Below, piece by piece: positions 1 to 12,400 of a stretch of 64,000 bases of DNA. The stretch is from NCBI RefSeq assembly GCF_902459465.1, contig NC_047083.1, positions 10,230,001 through 10,294,000 of the forward strand, read 5' to 3'. Below the pieces are notes generated by a model. It saw only the letters and a program-made list of their open reading frames with translations, did not search any database and was not told the DNA's origin. A program made the position numbers and the translations under genes. How positions within the stretch are numbered: the stretch's first letter is position 1; each line of letters opens with the position of its first letter. Source of the DNA: Asterias rubens (lineage: Eukaryota).

Positions 1-868
1 GCCATGCAAAGCGCCCATGCAACCATGCATGGCACCTGTGTAACCATGCAACCCCTCCGTCTACAACGATTCCATAATTCATTTCTGACCTGCATTTTTA
101 ACTTCACCATCAGCAGTACCATAATCATCAAAGACTTCAGTTTTCAACAAAATTACAAAAATATGTTCAGCGTGCAGCATGATAATAAGCAAATCAACAT
201 TGGGACTTAGACTTTTGTTATGGAACATCTATCATTGTCTATCTTCAACTCCTATTCAAACTCCCATGTAACCAGACCGAGGCTGGAGGGAATATATAGT
301 CTGGCCCCTTGATTATGTAATAAGAAACAATATTAAAAAACTGCAAAAGAGGACCAGGAACTTATGATGGGCAAAACATGATAAAAGTCTATTAGAGGGC
401 AGTCAAAAATAATCGCCAAAACAATTTTGTTGAAATAAAAATCTGTAAAAGCAGGAAATAGCTTTTAAACAAAAGGCTGACACATTACTTTCACAGCAAA
501 CAAATAAACCATAAGAAACATAAATCTTGGTCAAACAATGGAATAATGTGAAAATACATTTTAAAAAACTATGGGAAAATGTTGATTGAGGGAAAATGTT
601 CAGACCAGTTTCTGCTAAGCAGAAATGAGCAGGAAACCAGTTACAAATTGTACTGGTAACCTTATTCTGGTAAGCATAATTTTGTTGTGCTTCTAAGCTG
701 CTTTTCTATGGTTCAGGTCTCGAGATCCACAATACTGGAGTGCTCCTTTTAACCTCATTTGTGATTTGTAAAACAATCTGAACCCGGCCCAAATGAACAG
801 GGTCTTTTATTAATTGGGCCCAGGTGTTTGTATTCAGATAAACAGGATGTGTATTTTATTATACTCAC

Positions 869-1999
869 TGGCTTGTTGGAAACGTTGTTTGGCAACCTGT
901 CTCAATCGTTGAATCTCAGTGCGTTTCAAATCATCTAGTCTGGCTCTAATCTTGTCTGAAACACCATCCATGATTTCTGACATTTTACCCGTCTGGAATC
1001 AAAGATCAAAGACAAATAATTCAATAACTTGAGAATAAAAAAAAATAAAAAAATTATTCTCTCATTCTTCGGTGACCAATTGATTCAAAATTATCACATA
1101 TTGTTGTTTTATAAAATTCATGTATAATGTTGGGATACACCAAGTGAGAACACTGTTCTTTGACAATTACCAAACTTAGCCAGTGTCTTTTAAAAAGCTA
1201 TAGTAAACTCACCTTCAAATCATCCAGACTTAAATCATCCAGTTTTTTCTTCATCTCCGGATCATTTTCCAGTGTTTTTACGACCATTCTGAGATAGTTG
1301 TCATATTCTAGTCCAGTATTCTGAAAATATATTTTAATAAAAACATGTCAATCCCTCTAAGTGTCTGATTTTGAAAATCAAAAACCTCAACTTCATTGCT
1401 CCATTTTATCTCTCCGATATGTTTCATCTTCGCCAAGGCCACCGTCAAGGACTCCATTCCCAATAAATGCCAAATACCACCATATTTTGGTGGCGGTATA
1501 CCATAGATCCGAAACTAAAACAAGAAAAGTCGTGTTTGACAAACAAGCAAGCCAGTCAGTTTCACGCCATTTAACCTCTGGTCTAAAAAAAGGAGACTTC
1601 TGCATTTAAGACCAACCCACACACCAGTAATCAGTTGTTCATATACCAAGTCCTTTATAAGTTATCGCCGAGACATCTTTTTTCTTCTTAGGATTTAATT
1701 ATTTTAATTTTAGCCATAAAATAATTTAACATTGACCGTACATTTTTGGAGTTGTAATGACAAGTCCTTGTCGAGGTATTGCTCAGAGCACATGATGTCG
1801 TAGTGATATTGTAATGTCTCGCGGGGCATTTGAGTTTGTAAAGACTAATTTTCTTGTTTTCCTACTTCAAAATACTAACCTCTACTTCTCCCTCCTCCTC
1901 CTCTTCCGATTCTTCAACCTTTTTGTCGAGAACCGGAGCTGCTTGGCACAGAGCCAGCACCGTCGTTAAGAGAAGAATCTCCCTCCAAAGGTTCATCAT
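869..1999 (-). CDS. NUCB: Nucleobindin (NUCB1/2 family), 5' part; gene continues off the left edge
   Basis: Exons 1999-1880, 1320-1213 and 992-869 have GT-AG sites and consistent phases. They give MMNLWREILLLTTVLALCQA (signal peptide)...NTGLEYDNYLRMVVKTLENDPEMKKKLDDLSLDDLK/TGKMSEIMDGVSDKIRARLDDLKRTEIQRLR, matching NUCB2 DTGLYYDEYLKQVIDVLETD...VRTKLDELKRQEVGRLR. A probable non-coding exon has its donor at about 2712. Confidence 0.9.
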
Positions 2000-2125
2000 T
2001 GCACGTTTTGTAAAGGCGCCTTAAACCTGCAGATTTAAAATGAAATCAAGGCCTGTAATTAAGTAAAAATTGTAGAATGATGTCCTTTTAGTTTAAAAAT
2101 AACTTTTTAACTAGAATTTAATGGG

Positions 2126-2600
2126 ATAACTTTCGGTATGGCGCAACCACTTTTTCACTCATTTTTACAAAAAGGGATCTCATTGACATTGAGGTAAATA
2201 AGTACGACCCAGTAAACTGGGGCGCTGTACTCCTTTTTTCATATCGAATGAAAAAGTGGTGGCGCCGGCATATCATATTGAAACTTAAAAAAGAAAATGT
2301 TGAATTGAGACTGACTGACTCCCTGTGACAAATTGAGTTGCAATTCATTTGTCAGCATGGTCAGTTAGTGATGTCGGCTTTTGTGTGTACCCTGTTTCCT
2401 AAATAAAGCAACGATACAATGTATGAAGCAGCTAAGGGAAAAGTTTCCGTATGGCGCCACCACTTTTTCAATCAATTGATATGATTTTTTTTATGAAATA
2501 ATAATTATCTATTCTAATTTACCTCAATGAGATATCCCTTTTACCCTTTTTGTAAAAATAAGTGAAAAAGTGGTAGCGCCATACGGAAAGTTATCCCAGC
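2126..2600. mobile_element. Two adjacent, oppositely oriented copies of a small MITE (termini ...CCGTATGGCGCCACCACTTTTTCA)
   Basis: Terminal inverted repeats at 2126-2270 and 2440-2598. The same family recurs at about 51322-51456 and 52126-52200. Confidence 0.7.
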
Positions 2601-2712
2601 TAAGCATTGTTTGCTATTTGATTTTTAGGATTTTTATTTCAGCATAAAATGGAACCGGCCTCCCATAATTCATAATTTTAATTTAGAATTTTAAGACCCA
2701 TTTTTTACTCAC

Positions 2713-3226
2713 CTTCTTAAAAATATAAATGTTTGTCAGAATTAAGTTGCGCTGCTGTCACCTGCTTAGGTTCACCTCGAATTGCATTTATAAAGTAGTC
2801 AAGTGCTTTCTAACTTTGAATATATACTACAAAAATTACACCATATTGCAGTAATTTGCTGTTTAATTTTTGTTCGACGACCAACTGATGGTAAATCGAC
2901 GTGTCATTTACCAACAACACAAAACCCATGAGGAAATTTCAACTGGTAACCATACACAATGTAATATAAAAAGTACTAGTTGATGGGCACCAGCCATTGC
3001 TGATTTAAATGCCGCCCTCATGTGACATATTTTGGTTTCGGATTTAGAAACAAAATGTCGGCTGCTCGCGAAGGATTCAATCTTCGTTGTCAAGCGAAGA
3101 TTTGATTCTTTTTTACTGCTTCGAAAGCTTCACTGAACACACCATTATCAAAATGCTACTGCTAATTTTACAGATATACCCAAAAGAGAAGTTTGGTCTT
3201 CATTCACGTGATGATTTTATGTAAAT
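2713..3226. promoter_or_regulatory. Probable bidirectional promoter between NUCB (-) and SIRT3 (+)
   Basis: A minus-strand donor (actcac, 2707-2712) ends a putative NUCB 5'UTR exon, and the SIRT3 ATG is at 3227. The genes are head-to-head about 0.5 kb apart. No TSS data. Confidence 0.5.
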
Positions 3227-6200
3227 ATGAGATTGCTAAACAAAGTTATGGCAAGTGTATTGACGCACGGCGGTCCGAAGGGGACAACAGCAAGTTCCAC
3301 TGCCGAAAAAACGACTCAATCGACGGCAGCTGGCAGTGGGCGTCCACGCGGTGGTGGCACATCTGGTAAAACTTCTGCCAAAGTTAGGATAAATGCGGCA
3401 ATAAAAGACAAGGCTACAAAAGGTAGGTATTTAATCATTCTGATTATTCTTACTTACTTTTGCGTAATTTATTGAATAAAAGTGAATAAATAAAAATAAA
3501 TAAAATCGTTGCATTTGTAATTTGCACTTCAGTTTCACTTTCAGTTCCACTTGTCACTTGATTGTTATTATTATTGTTAATAATATAGTTTTGCAGATAA
3601 TAAAGGGTTTTGATACCTTTTTGTAGATTGTTTTTGGCCATAAAAGATGTATTTACTATGTAACATAATTTACCTGTAGAATTTTCAGCCTCATTTATCA
3701 TGTTTATTCGTCAAGTTTTGGAGAGAAAACAAAATGTTAAATCACAGACCAATATTTCACTCATGAGAGTCACATATGAAATTGTGTTAGTAATTTATTT
3801 CTCCAAAATTACAATACCTCGGCAAATAATATTTAAAGGGAAGCTTTGTACCATCATTTTCTTTAAACTGTGTAAGTTTAAAATATAAATCTGGTGGACG
3901 TTTGATTGACTTTATGTTTTGTGTCGTAAAAAAGTAGGCCCTAACCAAATTCTTTTAAACGGTAATTTTAATAAACAAAAAGGAATAATTAATCCAACAA
4001 AACAATTTCAATAGGCTTTAGTATCTAAGAGTTTTCATTTTGCCAATGTTTGCAGGGAGACTTGACGTTCCATTCGATGCTCGTCCGAAATCAACAACAG
4101 CAAGTCTTCCTGGGAGAAACTCATCCCAAACAAGAAATCTCACCACATCAAGCAGCGCTGGTAACGTGAACACAAAGCGCAATGTACGCCAACACCGAGT
4201 CAATGTGCGACCTGAAACAGGACTGAGCCAAGCTTTTGAAAAGTTGACTGTTAAAGATAAGAGAAACTCATCTAGGTAAAGGGATTTGTTTACGTTATGT
4301 TTACAGTGTTGTTGAGCTTAGCTACTTGTTCTGTGAAATTGTGACAAGTTGACTGAGGAAATAAATAAATTTTTAAATAAATCAATTAAAAACTAAAACA
4401 ATTGTTTTTTTATTTCCAGTGCACAGTTTCAACGTCGAAGCTCATCAGCAGCAGGGAGTGCCAGCCATGTCTGTAAGAGCCTTGATGATGTCGCACGATG
4501 GATTCTTATGAAGAAATGCCAGAATATTGTCGTCATGGCTGGAGCAGGAATAAGCACACCTAGTGGGATTCCTGATTTCAGGTCAGTAGGTCAGGTCAAA
4601 AGGTCATTAACCAAGGACTCAAGGTCATGTAAAGGTCACGATTTTATCTTGCTAGTGAAAGTTGCACGACTTGCTTTCCTTGTTAAAATTTGTGTGATGT
4701 ACAGACCAGACTTAAGGACTTCCAATTACAAGGTTGTGGGTTTGAATTCGTCCATAATAATTATTCTCGTCTAGTTAATCACAATTCCTTGATTTGGGCA
4801 ACTCATAATTAAAGACGTTAAACCAATGTTGTATGAGGGAGATTGGCTGTTGCCATCTTGGTGTTTATAACCCCTTGTTGAAGTTTGCTGAGTTCCCTTG
4901 ATGGGAAGATAATTTAACCAAACCACCTCAGCAAACAAACAAACAAACAAACTTTCCTATTATTTAACCTTTGACCTTGTTTTGTTTTAAACTCCAGATC
5001 ACCAGGTTCTGGTCTCTATGACAACCTACAACAATATAACATCCCATTTCCTGAAGCCATCTTTGATATCGATTTCTTCCATCGTGACCCTCGACCTTTC
5101 TTCACTCTTGCCAAAGAGCTGTATCCTGGGACCTACAGACCAAACTACGTCCATTATTTTGTGCGGATGCTTCACGATAAAGGATTGTTACTGAGAATGT
5201 ATACTCAGAATATTGATGGCCTAGAGAGAAGTAAGACACATTTTTATTTTATTTTAATTTTTTGGTAATCATTTTGTCAAATAATAAACAACAAGAGAAA
5301 GAACTCGCTGTGTAATCTTTCAATAATTTGGGGTTGAACAAAGAAAAAACTTACAAGAGTGGAATTTAAACCTTCGACTTCCGGATTAATGTATTTGCCA
5401 AGCTGTCAAGCCCTTATGTTTGGCGAAATATTATGTTATATTTGGAAAATGTTAACAAATGACCAAAAGGTATCTTGTTTGTTGTTTGTACTCTTAAAAC
5501 ATTCAGCAAAGTGATCACACACACACAAATTATAGCTAGGTAGAAAATAATTCAGTTTGAATGCCAGAAAAAGTCTTGAAGGCGTTTTGTTTTAAAGACT
5601 GATTGTGTTTTATGATATTTCAGTGGCTGGTATTTCTTCTGCTAAGTTGGTTGAAGCTCATGGAACATTTGCTTCATCGACCTGTACAAGATGCGATCAG
5701 AAGTATGACGGGGAGGAAACAAAGGTAAACAAACACTCAATTCCTTCATTGGATTTATTTGTGTACTCATAAGAATTATACAAAAAATACTTGTATTTGA
5801 TTTTGAACCTCCATTGCTTGATAGAACCATGTAATTTAGTGACTGGCCAGGAGGACCATTTAGCTTATTATTATTTCATTAGTCCGCCAACGTTGACACT
5901 GGTCAATATTTCAAATGAAACAGAGATGCCTTCCAAGACTGAGCCGGACCACTTTTCGCAAAAGGTGTAGCATTAATTATATCTTGATGTGTTTTTTATT
6001 TAGGTTGAGATAATGAGTGACAAGATTCCTAGATGTAAACAAAGAAGCTGTACGGTATGTAGATTTTAATTTAGCTTCTAAACAATCTTGGATTATTATA
6101 AAGTTTTTTTTTTCTGAATCCAAATAATGCCACTTACATATTATTGTAGTATGTCCAACAAACCTCATAATCCAAGATTTATCACTAATTTAGATAAACC

Positions 6201-7634
6201 TAAATCATGATTTACACAAACAGGTTCAAAGCATTGTAGAGGCACGATTTGGATTGGCTTTTCAGTCCGTACCTTATTCTCTCTGGGGTTTTCCTCCCAT
6301 ATCTAAAACTGAAACTTCCTTCATTGTCTTCTTTCTATTGGGTTCTTGGCTAGTACAGTAATACAGTTTGTTTTTTCTTCACAGCCAGAATAATTGAAAT
6401 GAAATTTGATTTTATTATTTCAGGGTAAAGTCAAACCTGACATCGTTTTCTTCGGAGAGGATCTTCCGAAGAGGTTCTTCTATTACTTAAAGGATTTTGC
6501 TCAGTGTGACTTGGTTATTGTCATGGGAACGTCACTAGAGGTAAATACTGTTTTATAAACTGCCCCTTGATCTGACTGTGTAGAATGGGTAACCCTAACC
6601 CTAACCCTAATCCTAACCCAACCACAGGTCTCCTTTCAGGAGAACCAATCAAAGCGTTGATTGATTCTACACTGAAACCTCTGAACCCCAATAAATAGGC
6701 CCACTTCTCTCTTATCTCTTCAGGCTCCTGACGATAACTAGATAATTGTGGAAAATAGTTAATTTTGCTGAGTTTAAAAGACTAGGTTCCTTTCAAAACC
6801 GGTAGTAGATTCTCAATTTGTTTTCTTTTCCACCCTGTAGGTACAACCCTTCGCTGGTATAATAAACTCAGCCCGGGGTTACATCCCAAGGTTACTTATC
6901 AATAGGGAAGCTGTGGGCCCGTTCGCTAGACCACGTTCAAGCCGCTTCAATGACGTCACAGTAACTGGTGATTTAGTGGACTGTGTTCAGAGGTTTGCTC
7001 GGATCTTGGGATGGAAGACAGCTCTTCAAGAGTTGATTGAGGGACATCAGATAAGACTAGTAAGTTTTCATAATTCTGTGATAAGAGGACCAAACTCAAG
7101 CTCTGGAGTTTCTGTTCAGAAGAGTGTGGGTTAAAATGAATGGATTTGTTGAAATTGTTTTGTTATTTTCTTGATCACAACTAGGATGAGGAATATGGTC
7201 CCCGGAAGCTTCCAGAAACCCCGCCCCCAAATCGTTCCGATTCCATTAATGGAGGTGAAAGTAAGTCGACCAATGACAAGCCGTCGACAGGAGCAAGCAG
7301 TACCAACAATGCAAGAGGAGGTTTCCGTGGTTACAAAGCAAACAGTTGCCAGTCGTTAGACGCTATGAAGGGAAGTCCTGCGAAGACAAACTTGCCCGAT
7401 GGAAGCAAACCAAGAAACTTTCACACAGTGTCAGAAACAACTTCCCCTCTGAACCCACTTGGAAAAATCCACCCCTCGCCACGAGTGGAACGATCCAGTA
7501 AAAAGAGCGTAACTTTTCCAAAACTAAATAACAATATCCCAAGTAAAGGAAGAGGTAAATCGTGGCGTAGTGAGTCATCCGACAGTAGTGATTCGTCAGA
7601 AAGTAGTTCAAACACTGACTCAAGCGATAGTTAA
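3227..7634 (+). CDS. SIRT3: Class I sirtuin, SIRT3-like NAD-dependent deacylase with long N- and C-terminal extensions
   Basis: Exons 3227-3422, 4056-4275, 4420-4581, 4998-5230, 5624-5724, 6004-6054, 6424-6540, 6841-7059, 7185-7634; phases are consistent. Motifs [48 protein letters not shown], Zn cysteines [29 protein letters not shown]. Closest to SIRT3 as recalled. Confidence 0.9.
4710..4880 (+). mobile_element. tRNA-derived SINE (tail TTGGTGTTTATAACCCC)
   Basis: B-box-like GGTTTGAAT and a body shared with minus-strand copies at about 37440-37655 and 56630-56830. Confidence 0.6.
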
Positions 7635-9421
7635 CATGAGGTATATATGTTTCTTGATTTGGTATCAGACTTCAATATCGTCACGGAAAGTTGCGGTTCT
7701 GTTGATACCCATGGTGTGAAGAGGAACTGCTGTGCAACTTTTTGAATTAAGAACTTGTCTTTGAAAAGTAAATTGTGCATGTGTGTGAACATTGTTTTCG
7801 AAGCATCAGTTCATGTGGAGGTCTTGCACTCCAAAGCATTGACATGCTTAAAATTAGGTTCCAACTGCTCTATGCCCAATTGCATAAAGCTGTTAAGTAG
7901 ATAGTTCTGCTTAGCAAATATGTTTGCTAAGCAAGAATTGAGTGGGGTAGGTACCAGTCGCAGCAAAATGTAAACTATGATGTTTTGGCTGGTTACTTAT
8001 CACTGCTAAGCAATTTATTTATGTGCTTAGCAAGTTTGTATGCTTACTACTCGCTTTATGAAGTTTGGGTTTGCTTTATGAAGATGTTGGTAAAAAAAAA
8101 CACTTGTAACACTTCCAGATCAAGAAAAACAATTATGTGTAAAATAAAATAAAAATATTTGTAAATATTGAAATTAAAATAATTCTTCAGTATTAAGTCA
8201 GGTTAACGACTTATTTATTTCAATATTTTGGCTCGTTCTATAATTAATATTTAAAAATAATGTGTGTATTGTATGGTCAGTGCTTTCTTTCATAGATTTA
8301 GTCAATGAAAAGGAACTTTAAAAGATTCATTAGAGCTTGCAATAATCAATTTACAAACTAATCCCTAACACTACGAAAATTACATTTTTGTATTATTTAT
8401 CTTGAAAAAGCTGTGTTTGAAAATAAACAAGTTGTGTTCAAAAAGTTCTCCTAACTTGAGGTGTGTGAAATAAATTTATACATTAAAAATGGCCGAGCAG
8501 CCTTGTTCAAAGGACTCAAGTTTCAATGCTTGATTGGGTGTAAGGTTCGAATCTTGTTCCAGACACTTGACCACTATTGCTTATCTGCACCTTGGAGGAC
8601 ATTCAACAGCCCTCTCGAAGTAATTATGCATTTAGAAATGAAGTTTTAATGAGTTTAATTCATGGAGAGGAGCTTTTGTCTCACAATGTCTGTGCAACGT
8701 TAACTCGCGGAGTAAAAAAATCAGATTTGATTTTGTTCATTGTTTTTGGTAATAATTCGGAGCCACCATATCAGCGTTTCGAAAAGGCCCCAAGTGACAC
8801 AGATTGACTGGCCAGTTTCTGCCAAGTGTGGCGCTATCACATCCCAATGGTCCAAATTTTCTAACTGTAGTAGGGACTGCAGTGTTGGAATGGCCCAACT
8901 ATACATGGGGTACATAGATCTGTAATAACTAGTCTCGATAGAAGACCTTCTCGTGTTGATTACCATCTGGGTTTTTTGGTAGGCTATTTTTATTTGGAAG
9001 GTTTGGAATCCACGGGCAAAGGGATGGGTGGAACTCCCCATATTAAATTGAGCAGAGGTCATTAAACAGTTTGTCTTTACTGTTAAAAGCTGTGAGACTT
9101 CTGAATGCATTGTTTGCTATGGAAGTTTTTTGTCGCGAGACCGGTGTGGGGTGATAGCGCCCTCTTGTTTTTTTTTTTTTTTTGACAACACGTGCAAAGA
9201 CTAGTTTGGCCGTCCCAACTGGAACACTTCCCAAAACTACAGTTGGGGCGATTCTGAAGTTGGGCCGAAACACAGCGGTGTAGAGGCGGCGAATTCACAC
9301 ATACACATCCACATTCAGTCGTCTGTTTTTACCAAAATAAAAGTACCGCAAACATTTGAATGGCTGGTGGTCATTGTCTACGCTGAGTGGTATGTCAGCT
9401 CCCAACTTAGTGACCAGAAAA

Positions 9422-12400
9422 ATGGAGACGAAAGTGTGCTTCAAAAAATGCAACTTCAAGTTGGCTATGTTCTTGCACGTGCTCATATCGAGTGTACTGT
9501 TCGCATGTTTTATGAAGTCGTATGCAGAAACAAGTCATGCTTACACTTCTGAAACTAATTCAAAACATGGAATGAAATCATCAGAAGATCTTGAAGGACT
9601 TAGACCTTCTTCGGACTGCTCTGAAGATGATGACAGTTGCTTCATACGCGACGAAGAACATGAACTTGCCGAAGAAGAAGAAGTGCATGGAATTGCTGGA
9701 GCTAAAACTGAACCTAAAGCCGGCTACACATGGGACAAAAATGGGTACATCATGTTTTGTCCATGTATGGGTGAGTAGAATAGAATAAAGTTGGTGGGTT
9801 TACTTTCCTCTTTTCTTTATGAAATTGAAAACCATTTACCGTTCAGAAGCTCACTTGAAAACAATAATTACTTATTTATTTTTTTATTAATTGTGATAAT
9901 AATAATAATAATATGAAGTGTTCAAACCACAATCAACAGTTAGTGGATCGTGGATGACTAAGTAAAAACAGATATGAGATAGTAGGTTCATAGGTCTTGT
10001 CATTAATAATAAAAGTGAGCCATTCATTAAGAAATTCTCTATTTTATGAAATCTTTCCAATATGTAACTTTTGTTTTTAACAGGTCGTTTTGGCAACCAA
10101 GCAGAGCATTATCTCGGAGCAATGGCATTTGCTAAAGCACTCAACAGAACGTTGGTCTTGCCTCCATTCCGGACATATGTAAGTCTTCATTTACTCACAC
10201 GTACACACCTATCCCTATAAATAGCGCCCTCAAGAATTGAGAGTCCAGAGCATTGACACTAAGGGACGAAAAAGACCAAGTTGTGATAATTTGACTCACC
10301 TGTGAGTGTAAAGATCAGAGGGTTTCATAATTAACTCCAACCATGCTCAGGCCTGCTACTTCACGGAGGCAACGGAGGCGATTGCCTCCGTGTCCTTTAC
10401 CAAGAAGAAAATGCCTTGGTGCCCTTGCCATTTCAAAAACGAAGCATACAGCCCTGCATGCTCAAACTTTATTTCAATGAAGTTTTATAGTCCTATAGTT
10501 TTTATCTTTAGTGTGTGCTTGGATGTGCTGTGATTTGTGTTCTTTTTAATATCTGATTTGTAACTCATTTTTGATTATTTTTTACTTGTACTTGCTTGTG
10601 TATTGGTTTTAAATTGCAAAATACTCCAGGCTGTTTTGACATGCGTGACATTAAAAGGTTTTATGAATTGCAGGGTCATTAGTTTTACACTATTTTCTTT
10701 GTAGGCTCATGCATCATTTGGGGAGTTGTTTCAAGTCAGACCAGCTCTTGAGTTCCATCGTGTGATCCTCATGGAGGATTTCATGAAGTTTCTTGCTCCT
10801 AAATACTGGCCGCCTGGTCAGAGAGTTGGCTACGCCCACCTACCAGTCAACGATGATGGTGTTGCATGCACCATGAAAAATGGTAAAGGATCATTTAAAT
10901 ACTCAAAAGTAACTTGACAATATGTGAGGACTTCTTCTCTCAAAATATCTGCATTTACGTGTGTATGACAGGCCTGGAATTTCATCTTTGAAAGGGCAAG
11001 GCCATTTGTATTTTGCAAGGGGCACTTACATTGGAAAACCTTAAAGTCTATGGGGAACTTTTGAAGGGGCACCAAGATGAAATTCCAGGCCTGTCATACA
11101 CCAGGGCAACATATAGACCATGGCCTCCGTGGCATCTTGTATTTCCAGGCCTGTAACTTTGTCTTCTTGTGTGGACAAAAGCTTCGCCTACAGGGAAACG
11201 AGTGGCAGTTTTTTGTATTCCTTTGAACTTGAGAAAGTTGAGAAGTGGTGTTTAATAAGGCACTGGACATAAAAGAAATATTAGCATAAAAATGTACTTG
11301 TTTGGATACACCAAGTTAGAATACTGCTGTCGATTTCACCAAACTCTTCTTAACTTGGGATTAATCTTAGGACTTAGGAAGAGTTCAGTTCTGTATCCAA
11401 AGACGCATTAAACCCATCCTAAGTTAGGAGGGGTTAGGCCTACTCGTCCTAACTTGAGATGGAATTAATCCTAGCGTTTCGTGATATCGGCTGCGGGTCT
11501 TTGATAAATTACCAAACATTTCCAGTGCCCTTAATAGACAATTTACTTTCACAACCTTTGTGTTGAGGGTTAGCCCTGAAAACATTTTTATCCTCTTTTT
11601 TTTCAGGCAGTCCATTTGGACCTTTCTGGAACCACTTCAACGTTACTTTTGATTTATGCATAAAATATCAACTGTTTAATGTTGCTGACATCAGTAATAA
11701 ACAATCACTGGAAACTACAAAAAGAATCTGGGATGAAAGGTAGGTGTTTAAAGAAGTATAGTTTTTGTTTGATGTTCTTTGGTTTTGTTGTTTTTGTTCA
11801 TCACTGTCCAGGCTTGTGTAGTTGGAGCTAGTATACCACTCATCTTGTATACCGCCCTCTGGTGACAACTTAGAATAATGACACTTATGTACTAAAGCAT
11901 TACTTGGACTCAGAAAATAACCCAATTATTTCTTAAACTAGTCAAGTTGTCATTGCCTCTTTCCTATGATTCTCAATTGAGATTTTTGTTTTATTTTTAT
12001 TTAGAAATATTTCTCAACTAGATTTCTGTATTTTCTGATCCTGTTTATTGATGCTTTGTGTATAATTTGTAATAAATACATCTGCAATTTGAGGCATAGC
12101 ATGGTGAGGTATCAATGTATATTTGGTTTGCGGTGACTAGACGATGACTAGAGCAAGCTAGTCGAAACGTTGAGACCAATTTCAGAAATGACTCCGCGGC
12201 AGTACAGTTAATTATGATCCTATAAGCTAAAGTAGTAGTCCAGTCTAATTTCTATACCATCCGCCCTGGTAATAGTTAAAAGCAGGACAGTTCTTTTCAG
12301 AACTGAGAAGTCTCCCGAACCTCCGATTATCTACTCCACGGCAGTAGAATAAAGCAAGACAGTTCCCTAAGAACAACTCTACCTGGCAAGTAGATACACA

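Noticed and set aside
89-135. Possible small nucleobindin exon (FDDYGTADGEVKNA)
   Set aside because: The phase fits, but the acceptor is weak and I cannot recognise homology; left out of the gene model.
8721-9298. ORFs of 129, 76 and 71 aa between SIRT3 and POFUT1; possible ncRNA
   Set aside because: No recognisable domain, splice structure or snRNA/snoRNA motif. Part matches the AGTTGGG repeat family.
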